DNA from: a virus
Virus genome (UHGV): UHGV-0084588
Length of the DNA: 64,000 nucleotides
Reading direction: 5' to 3' (one strand)
Shown piece after piece: positions 56,655 to 64,000 of the stretch. The notes below the pieces were generated by a model. That model was not told the DNA's origin and ran no database searches. It saw only the letters and a list, made by a program, of their open reading frames with translations. The position numbers and the translations under genes were made by a program. Every line of letters begins with the position of its first letter. Within the stretch, counting starts at the first letter, position 1.

Positions 56655-58295
56655 ATGGCCTTAACAACCGACATTATTAATAAGGATCGCGGGTTTCGTG
56701 TATGGCGTCCTGAAGAACTCTATGCGCCGGAACGTCAAACCGGATACGTACCGAACCCGAAAGATCTGATCGTTAACGATATCACCTCTGGTTTCGATAT
56801 CGTCGTAAGCGTTAACTACTCCAAACCGTCGTGGGAAACCGAACCATGGGGTGGCGTGGGTGTGGCTAATCAGGACGGCCGTCTAAACGGCCACTACCCA
56901 CTGCGTAGCGATAAATATCGTGTCTACGTGGATTCTACGAAACTCCCGGCAACAATGGTGTTGGATAACGCACTCACCTTTGAAGGGCCGGATGTGGACG
57001 GGGTGCGCATTTTCCGAGGCAGTAAAGTTGACGACAGTGCTGAAATACTTTCCGGCTACTACAAAGACGGTAAATTAAAATACACTTACTTACCAGTCCA
57101 GACGATTTCTGTCGAGGGTGCTGAGCGTGTCGTTAAACAAACGTTACCTGGTGCTTGCTTGGCTGAGGTCGAAAACGGTGAAGAGTGTATGTTCGCGGTT
57201 TACTCCGACGTCGGTAACGTGGTGCAAATCGGTCACGCGCACATCATCAAAACGAACCTGGTAATGCCGCAAGAAACGCCAGCTCGTACTGTGTTGGGTA
57301 TTAAGTTGGTGTCGCCGTTCTTGGTAGACAACGACGGCACCACACTGACGCTACCGATCAACATGCCAATCGAGTCCATACCGCTCTGGTGTGACGTTGT
57401 TTACAGCGATGGCACAAAACGACTACCTATCGATCAGGCTCGTGTGAAATTCAACGGATTACGTAACGCAGGTTCACACGACACGTTCTACATCGCTTCT
57501 AACTCAGGTAACACCCTACCTTGTGTACTGAGCTACAAGTTATCCAGAGGCGAAACTTACGGAGGTACCGATGTCGTAGGTGACACCATTGTGAAAAACT
57601 ATACGGCGGTAACGGAACAGGTCGACGGTGCCTACAGCATGAAACTTTTCGTTGTGCCGAGATGGCTGGATGCCACACGTGGCTATCGTCTGGACTTCTT
57701 GCTGTACAACCTGACACGCGGTAAGGTTTACGATGCAACGGCGCACGTTAACTACACCACGGGCACGACCTTCGATCCGTTACTGATGGGTGTTAAACAA
57801 CGCCTTAATGTTCAGGTCGATATTAGTAAGGTAGACAGCAAATTCCGTGCGTTTATTCAGTCTCAGTCATTCGCCATTACGCTTGTAAACCCAGGTAACG
57901 AACTGAACTCGAACTTCATTCTGGAATACTTACCAGACGGTTTGAAGTATGGAGAAAACGTGTGGGCGGAGTTTAAATACTCCAACGTCAATTATTCTGA
58001 AATCGACGTCAGTAACAAAGTGGCCTCTAAGGCAGAATGGTTGAAGCTGTTGTACGAACCGATTTATCCGTTGTACGATCGTCGTAATGAGTCTGAACCG
58101 CCCGAACCAACACACTTCGAAATCCACGTCGGGGGTAAAGTTTACACCTATAGCGTAGACGAGTGGTTGGATAAAAAGGTTATAGACTACCGCGTACCAC
58201 TGGACGCTCCGCTGGTGATTCGTTGGATACGTCGCACACCAACAGATACATTAAACTTAGCTGCGTCGCCAATGCTGGCGCACCACATCGAATAA
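56655..58295 (+). CDS. hypothetical protein, likely structural
   Basis: 546-aa ORF starting 2 nt after the upstream stop. Confidence 0.55.
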   Translation: MALTTDIINKDRGFRVWRPEELYAPERQTGYVPNPKDLIVNDITSGFDIVVSVNYSKPSWETEPWGGVGVANQDGRLNGHYPLRSDKYRVYVDSTKLPATMVLDNALTFEGPDVDGVRIFRGSKVDDSAEILSGYYKDGKLKYTYLPVQTISVEGAERVVKQTLPGACLAEVENGEECMFAVYSDVGNVVQIGHAHIIKTNLVMPQETPARTVLGIKLVSPFLVDNDGTTLTLPINMPIESIPLWCDVVYSDGTKRLPIDQARVKFNGLRNAGSHDTFYIASNSGNTLPCVLSYKLSRGETYGGTDVVGDTIVKNYTAVTEQVDGAYSMKLFVVPRWLDATRGYRLDFLLYNLTRGKVYDATAHVNYTTGTTFDPLLMGVKQRLNVQVDISKVDSKFRAFIQSQSFAITLVNPGNELNSNFILEYLPDGLKYGENVWAEFKYSNVNYSEIDVSNKVASKAEWLKLLYEPIYPLYDRRNESEPPEPTHFEIHVGGKVYTYSVDEWLDKKVIDYRVPLDAPLVIRWIRRTPTDTLNLAASPMLAHHIE

Positions 58296-58341
58296 ATATA
58301 ACAAGCCTCCTACCCGAAAGGGTAGGAGGCGAGGAGTCTGT

Positions 58342-60450
58342 ATGATACTACGAGAATCGGATTGGCGTTATTATCCGGGCGCAATTGTGGATGATAAAAC
58401 CACAAACAAATCGTTTATCAAATTTGCAAATATCCTAAAAAAGCTGGGCGTGAAGCACTGGTATATTCACCTCGCCTTACATAACCCCTTACTGCAAGGG
58501 GTCGATCCTTTTGACGAAAACCTAACGGACGAACAGAAGGCATATATCACTATCGAATGTGCTGAAAACCCTTGGTACTGGTTTCGAGAGTGTGTCAGGG
58601 TACCTGCGGACGGTATGAAATACGGCTCACCGTTCCGTATCGACCGTGGTAACTTTTCGATGTATTGGATTTTCTTCAACAACATCGACGCCGCCGTCGA
58701 ATTCCTCCGTCAGCACGGTAAAACCGTCGGGATGAGCGGATTGTTGTTGTGGCTAATTCGGTTTCTGGAAAACTCTCGTACGATTCTTATCACAAAAGGT
58801 CCGGCACTGCGTGAAGAAACCATTAACAAACTTAAGCAACTGCGTAACGGTCTACCCTCGTACTTGTGGCCAGCGCATCCAGACGATCCAGATAACCGCG
58901 AAACCTTTGCGTGTTTAGCCCAGGGTAACAAACTGATTACGGGTATTGGTCAAAACGACCCAGAATCGGCTAACGGTATCGGTCGTGGACTTACTGCCGG
59001 TCGTCTGTTCTCGGACGAAGGACCCTTTACCAAAAACGTACACCACATTCTACCAGCAGCACTAGCATCCGGTACAGCGGCACGTCGTATTAACGAAGCG
59101 GAAGGTGTCCCTTACGGTAACGTATTCGCAACAACTCCGGGTGACTTAGCGACAGAAGAAGGCAAGTACATGTACGAGCTGATGACGTCGGGGATTATGT
59201 GGGATGAGCGCTATATCGACATTCCAACCCGTAAACAGCTCATTGATATCATCCGTTCTAACTCCACGGCAGAAGTTCCACGTATCATGTTCTACGTGAA
59301 ATACAACCACCGTCAGCTCGGTACCAGCGATGAGCAGTTAGCGGCAATGATTGCGAACGCCAAAGGTACCCCTGACCAGATCCGTCGTGACTTCGGTGGG
59401 GAATGGACGACCGGTGGTCTGAACAAGCCGTTCTCAGCGGAAGATGCAGATCGTATGAATGCTTCCCGTATGCGTGCTGTGTTTAAAGATATTTCACCAC
59501 AAAACTACGTTACCGACTGGTACTACACCGAAGAGGAGATGATGACGAAGCTCAAAGACCGACACGTCATCGGGTTGGATACCTCTGAGGCTGTGGGTCG
59601 AGACGCGATCGCCATGTCTATTGTTAACTCTGTGACTGCAGAGTATGCAGGTAAATTAACCGTTAACGAATCTAACGTTATCTCTTTCGCGATTCATTTA
59701 GCGGATTTTATGGTGCGATATCCTAACACGGTACTAATCCTGGAACGACGGTCTACTGGCTCGTCTGTGGCTGATGCGATTATCCTGCAGTTACAGACTC
59801 GTGTCACGGACTTACATCGTCGTTTATTTGTGAGAATCACCCAGGACTACTCACGTACGGATGATCTCTACAAAGAGTATCACCGTGGACCTATTGGTAA
59901 CGCTGAGAAGTTCTGGAATAAATTCCGTAAATATATCGGTTTCTCAACCGACCAGGAAAAACGTCGTAAACTGTACGGTGAGGTATTCACCACAGCGTTG
60001 CGCTTATCCGCGGATAAACTCCGTTGCGGAGAACTCATCGACCAGATACTTAACCTCGTGGAGAAAAATGGTCGTATTGACCACAAGGCTTCAGGTCATG
60101 ACGATCTCGTGATTTCTTGGTTACTTGCGATGTGGTTATTGCTGCTTGGGAATAACCTGGGGCATTATGAAATCAACAACAGTCGATTGATGATGCGCAA
60201 TCGTAATTTAGTCGAAAATCGCGAAGGGGTGGATGAAGAGTTACAACTCGAGGAGGAGGCGCGACAGCAGGAACTGATGGGGGAAATTGAGCGTCTTGTG
60301 CGAACCACAAACGGGTTATTAGACCCGGTTCAAGCAATGGCTGCTCGTAACCGTCTCCAGTCCCTCATTGCTCAACTTAACACTGATACACAAAACGTGG
60401 CGTCAATGGAAAGCTTGAGAGAGCTTATCCAACGCCAGAGGATGAAGTGA
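58342..60450 (+). CDS. terminase large subunit
   Basis: Walker A-like LRQHGKTVG near residue 120, comparable to the T4 gp17-type motif; size 702 aa; RBS GAGGAG. Confidence 0.6.
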   Translation: MILRESDWRYYPGAIVDDKTTNKSFIKFANILKKLGVKHWYIHLALHNPLLQGVDPFDENLTDEQKAYITIECAENPWYWFRECVRVPADGMKYGSPFRIDRGNFSMYWIFFNNIDAAVEFLRQHGKTVGMSGLLLWLIRFLENSRTILITKGPALREETINKLKQLRNGLPSYLWPAHPDDPDNRETFACLAQGNKLITGIGQNDPESANGIGRGLTAGRLFSDEGPFTKNVHHILPAALASGTAARRINEAEGVPYGNVFATTPGDLATEEGKYMYELMTSGIMWDERYIDIPTRKQLIDIIRSNSTAEVPRIMFYVKYNHRQLGTSDEQLAAMIANAKGTPDQIRRDFGGEWTTGGLNKPFSAEDADRMNASRMRAVFKDISPQNYVTDWYYTEEEMMTKLKDRHVIGLDTSEAVGRDAIAMSIVNSVTAEYAGKLTVNESNVISFAIHLADFMVRYPNTVLILERRSTGSSVADAIILQLQTRVTDLHRRLFVRITQDYSRTDDLYKEYHRGPIGNAEKFWNKFRKYIGFSTDQEKRRKLYGEVFTTALRLSADKLRCGELIDQILNLVEKNGRIDHKASGHDDLVISWLLAMWLLLLGNNLGHYEINNSRLMMRNRNLVENREGVDEELQLEEEARQQELMGEIERLVRTTNGLLDPVQAMAARNRLQSLIAQLNTDTQNVASMESLRELIQRQRMK

Positions 60451-60686
60451 TGGCTCCAATTTACTATTTACTTGTGTTCTTTTCGTGGATAGCGACGTAT
60501 AAAATGATCCGCGAGAGTTATCAAGCGATAAAACAATACGGACGCTCGCAAGGTATTCCCTTACGAAAAACACAGTATGTGCAGGCATTGGCGGTATTTG
60601 GCCTGATGGTAGCAGGTACATCAGCCACCTATGCGATAAACATGGTCTATTCTATACACCTTGTGGTAATGTCAGGGCCCCATTGA
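60447..60686 (+). CDS. small hypothetical membrane protein
   Basis: 79-aa ORF with ATGA overlap to terminase; two hydrophobic segments. Confidence 0.35.
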   Translation: MMAPIYYLLVFFSWIATYKMIRESYQAIKQYGRSQGIPLRKTQYVQALAVFGLMVAGTSATYAINMVYSIHLVVMSGPH

Positions 60687-60701
60687 ACCCAACTAAATAA
60701 A

Positions 60702-60748
60702 CTAGCCAGTAACCCGTTAGGGTTACTGGCTAACTCTTTTTTATTTCT
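60702..60748. terminator. bidirectional intrinsic terminator between convergent genes
   Basis: TAGCCAGTAACCC-gtta-GGGTTACTGGCTA hairpin followed by CTCTTTTTTATTTC. Confidence 0.6.
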
Positions 60749-62117
60749 GTAACGACCGGATTAAGAAATATAACAACAACGCATTACGCAAAGCTGCTAA
60801 CGCGGATTCGTGTCGGATGTGTGTTTCCTTCGCCGCTAATTTCTCAATTCTCGACCGTAAGGATAACACATACGGGTTCGGTGATTTCGATGCTTGATAC
60901 AACGCACGCATACGCTGCAACACCGTGACCGCATCATTGAAGTTGATACGGTTGGTAACAATCTCATCAAAAGCATGTGAGAGCGTATCCTCCATAATGC
61001 TATTGATTTCATCACGCTTCTTACCAATCGGCAAACTGGCGATATAAGTCAGCAGCGTTTTCAGCGCGGCAGGAGATGCTTTGGGTACCATTTCAAGCAC
61101 CACACGAGCCAACTCTTCCTTGTACAGATTGTTAATGTCGTAAGACGCATCAAACAGATTCTGCTTTGCGATCTCTAATGCACCGACTTTATCACGGATA
61201 ACAGACTGCCCATCTAACTCGATACGCGCGGATTGACTAACCACGCGACTATTCTCACGACGTACACGATCGAGCACCGCGTAGTAATCTTTCACGGTTT
61301 GCTTAGTACGTGTATTTAAATCGGTGATATAACGCAGTACCAAGTCAGGGGTGTCAAAGCGTTTTACAGCATCGTAGTTCGGGTATTCGGGCGAGCAGAA
61401 ATACGTCGAACGTTCGGCCATGTGCAATCCCCAGTTACCCAAACGACGAATATCGAATTTCATTGAGAGCATCGAATACGCCGCTTCTGCAGCAGGGAGA
61501 TCAACCGGTTTCGGAAAGAAGTGATAGTAAATACTCGAGTAGAATTTAAACTGGAGTATCGTCACCAAGTCAATTGCTGCAGCATGGATTTCTTTGTCAC
61601 CGAATTTCGGAATCATCAAGTGTAGTAAATACACAATCGTGAGGTTGTAGGTGTCGCCAGCAACCTGCCAGTCGGTATTAATCGACTGGGACTCTTTAAT
61701 CAGTTCTGACAGGTAATCTTCGTCAACGTTAATAACTTCATCGAACAGGCGATTACGGTCTGAATCGAAAAAGCGGATGCTCTGCACCCCGAGCAAGTTA
61801 GAACCTAACCACTCCACATTACCTTCGCGAGAAAGCACGCCGCTCACATAGTGACGAATTTTAGACGCCAGCTTTCGGTCTACAGTTAGCTGTTTGAATA
61901 CAGTGTCGAACGCTTTACGTAAACTGTCGTCACGACGGGCTTCGTGAGCGACACCCAGTCCCATCGGGACGTAGCCACCAAAACCGTAGTCGTAGTACAA
62001 ACCCGATGAGGTTTCCGCGTCATCGAAGAACGGATCACGGCCGAACGATTCCTGAGCGACGCGAGTTCCAGCTTTCTGGTAGCAGCCGGATGTAAAATCA
62101 TAAACCAGTTCAGCCAT
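60741..62117 (-). CDS. hypothetical protein
   Basis: 458-aa ORF on the minus strand. Confidence 0.55.
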   Translation of the reverse strand: MAELVYDFTSGCYQKAGTRVAQESFGRDPFFDDAETSSGLYYDYGFGGYVPMGLGVAHEARRDDSLRKAFDTVFKQLTVDRKLASKIRHYVSGVLSREGNVEWLGSNLLGVQSIRFFDSDRNRLFDEVINVDEDYLSELIKESQSINTDWQVAGDTYNLTIVYLLHLMIPKFGDKEIHAAAIDLVTILQFKFYSSIYYHFFPKPVDLPAAEAAYSMLSMKFDIRRLGNWGLHMAERSTYFCSPEYPNYDAVKRFDTPDLVLRYITDLNTRTKQTVKDYYAVLDRVRRENSRVVSQSARIELDGQSVIRDKVGALEIAKQNLFDASYDINNLYKEELARVVLEMVPKASPAALKTLLTYIASLPIGKKRDEINSIMEDTLSHAFDEIVTNRINFNDAVTVLQRMRALYQASKSPNPYVLSLRSRIEKLAAKETHIRHESALAALRNALLLYFLIRSLQK

Positions 62118-62140
62118 TAGTGAACCTCGAAATAATTACG

Positions 62141-62163
62141 GATAGATATTATCCTAGTGAGAG
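62141..62163 (+). promoter_or_regulatory. candidate phage promoter motif GATAGATATTATCC-TAGTGAGAG
   Basis: Shares a 14-nt core with 8284-8297; 28 nt upstream of the 62191 start, in a divergent intergenic region. Confidence 0.3.
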
Positions 62164-62190
62164 TCTTATTCTACCTAAAGGAGTTTTAAA

Positions 62191-63315
62191 ATGAGAAATT
62201 ACTTACGTAAACCCGTTTGGCACAGAATGCTGCGCGAAGGTACCATCGACCGAAATCAAAACGTCAAAATGTGGGTTCTTCCACACGGTGTAATTTGTGA
62301 TTTGGTTCGTGTCGGGGGTATGGACATCTTGCGCAACGGTACCTACGACGCGGTCAATTCGTTTCTTGCACGCGAACTGGCAGAGGCAGGTTTACATGGC
62401 GAAATTCTGTTTTACACAACACGCGTCATTCCCCAAACGTTGTCGAAATGGCTAACGTATTGGTTATCAGGCGATCCTGATGCATCGGACCCAGAACTCA
62501 ACTCAGTAACGATTACAACGTTGGGACAATACCCAACTAAACCGCTGCCGTTTCAGGTAAACGTGGTAGAACCTTTAATCGTAAAAGCAGGTGATGTGTT
62601 CGATACGATTAAAGCTAAATCCAGAAACCAAGCGGTTTCACAGTTCCTCGTAGAAACTGAAAATGAAGTGTTTCGCCTGGAACCCGTCCGTAAAACAGAT
62701 GCCACATTACTGGCAGTGACTGATTACGGAGTTGTGTGTCGTTCTACAGAAGGTCACACTTTCCTGTGTACGATTTTGTCCCGTCGTATACAAGCCCAGT
62801 TGGCGCACTACAAACTGGGATTGGGAGACATCATCGGTACTACGCTACGCATCGAATACACGATGTATACCGAAGGCAACAGGTTGTGTAACTACAAGTC
62901 ACCTATCGCCTATCGAGCACTGGCGTTAGACAGTCTCGGTGATTGGGTTTCAACGACATACGATGGGCCTTCACCGTTTAAAACAATCCCGACACAACGG
63001 CCTGCGTTGTTGACGGTTACTCGTTGCAATCGCGCTGAAATCTACGAGGAAAACGGGGTGATTTATGGCTTAGAACGTGAGACAGGATTAACGCTGTTTC
63101 GTTTCCGACGAGGTCCAGAATACGGACGTTACGCTGCCGTTTTCGAACGGGAAGGGGAACAAGAAACCTGGCTTTTCGATTCCGATTTCTCGGTTGATGT
63201 CATCGACCCCGAGGGGTTTATTGCTTCAGTCGGAAATCAGGTGTTCTACGCCACCGGTTACAGTTTGGTCGATGTGAAACTGTACTATCCGTCAAAAGAA
63301 CTGACGACTCTGTAA
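62191..63315 (+). CDS. hypothetical protein
   Basis: 374-aa ORF; RBS AAAGGAGTTTTAAAATG. Confidence 0.55.
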   Translation: MRNYLRKPVWHRMLREGTIDRNQNVKMWVLPHGVICDLVRVGGMDILRNGTYDAVNSFLARELAEAGLHGEILFYTTRVIPQTLSKWLTYWLSGDPDASDPELNSVTITTLGQYPTKPLPFQVNVVEPLIVKAGDVFDTIKAKSRNQAVSQFLVETENEVFRLEPVRKTDATLLAVTDYGVVCRSTEGHTFLCTILSRRIQAQLAHYKLGLGDIIGTTLRIEYTMYTEGNRLCNYKSPIAYRALALDSLGDWVSTTYDGPSPFKTIPTQRPALLTVTRCNRAEIYEENGVIYGLERETGLTLFRFRRGPEYGRYAAVFEREGEQETWLFDSDFSVDVIDPEGFIASVGNQVFYATGYSLVDVKLYYPSKELTTL

Positions 63316-63325
63316 AAAATATTCT

Positions 63326-63360
63326 GGGGAGACTTCGGTCTCCCCCGTTTTATTTTTTTT
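63326..63360 (+). terminator. intrinsic terminator
   Basis: GGGGAGAC-ttcg-GTCTCCCC hairpin followed by GTTTTATTTTTTTT. Confidence 0.6.
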
Positions 63361-64000
63361 GCCCAAAAATCAAAAACGCGCTGAGAGCGATTCTAACGCA
63401 TTTTTCTTTCCAGGTGGTACGTTCGTACTCCTCACCCACGTTCATCTCGCCATAGCGCTTCCCACGAAGAATTTGAGGGTGTTTTGATTGTGGGTTTTGA
63501 ATTTATTTTCGCTCAACGCCATGAAACCGCGATTTTGCCGTTCGAACTGTCACGTCAACCCCCATCCCTGAGCAGGTCAAAAACCCACCCCATCGTAAAA
63601 CGCTCTAGAACGCGTTCTGACACAAAAAACGCCTCAAGGGGTACACTTGGGTACCCGAACCCCGTTCAACTCGTTACAAAGCGATTGAGAGCGTCTGAGG
63701 GGCATTCCCCACGACCAATTCCACACCACCATCTGGTCGGCGGACCGGCCGCCGCGACGATCAAAAAAACATTCACGCTTCGCGTACTAGGGGATCAGTT
63801 GGATTGATCAACTTACTGAATCTTCACACACTGAAGATTCAGGTTGAGTAGTTTTCTAGCTTTGGTTTTTTGATCTTTTAAATTTTTTAATACTCTTCGA
63901 GAGACACTAAGTCTCTCGAATCGATCTTAAATTTTTAACTCTCTCAAAAATCTGATCTCAAGATCTCTTCCTTATACGCGTGCGTACGCACGCGCGTATA
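63361..64000. other. palindrome-rich non-coding region (candidate origin, terminus or regulatory hub)
   Basis: No credible ORF; perfect inverted repeats at 63607-63618, 63818-63840, 63897-63919 and 63977-63994, plus AT-rich runs. Confidence 0.4.

Noticed and set aside
63484-63807. 107-aa ORF in the terminal non-coding region
   Set aside because: No ribosome-binding site, Arg/Pro/Ser-rich low-complexity translation, and the interval is filled with palindromes; more likely non-coding.
1-64000. CRISPR arrays or tRNA genes
   Set aside because: No regularly spaced direct repeats were seen, and the few intergenic regions longer than 70 nt showed no obvious tRNA-like T-loop box; a tRNA could still be missed by eye, and tRNAscan-SE would settle it.

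Overview
The window reads as densely packed bacteriophage DNA with enterobacterial-style ribosome-binding sites and many stem-loop plus T-tract terminators. By-eye motif matching supports about 60 protein-coding genes. The strongest calls are a thymidylate synthase very close to E. coli ThyA but with two insertions, a DEDDh exonuclease next to an RNase HI fusion, a 2374-aa virion protein with a C-terminal lytic transglycosylase domain, a terminase large subunit, and two adjacent genes encoding split fragments of a multisubunit-type RNA polymerase (a beta-prime N-terminal half carrying DYDGD, then a beta-like protein). That combination suggests a phiKZ-like (jumbo, nucleus-forming type) enterobacterial phage, but this is inference from motifs only; no database search was possible. 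The most interesting unexplained signals are a recurring GAYAGATATTATCY promoter-like motif, hairpins without U-tracts placed directly before ribosome-binding sites, a paralogous pair sharing a C-terminal AHIRRAHW(R/K)R motif, and a roughly 640-bp palindrome-rich non-coding region at the window end. Most genes remain hypothetical. No CRISPR array or convincing tRNA was seen.
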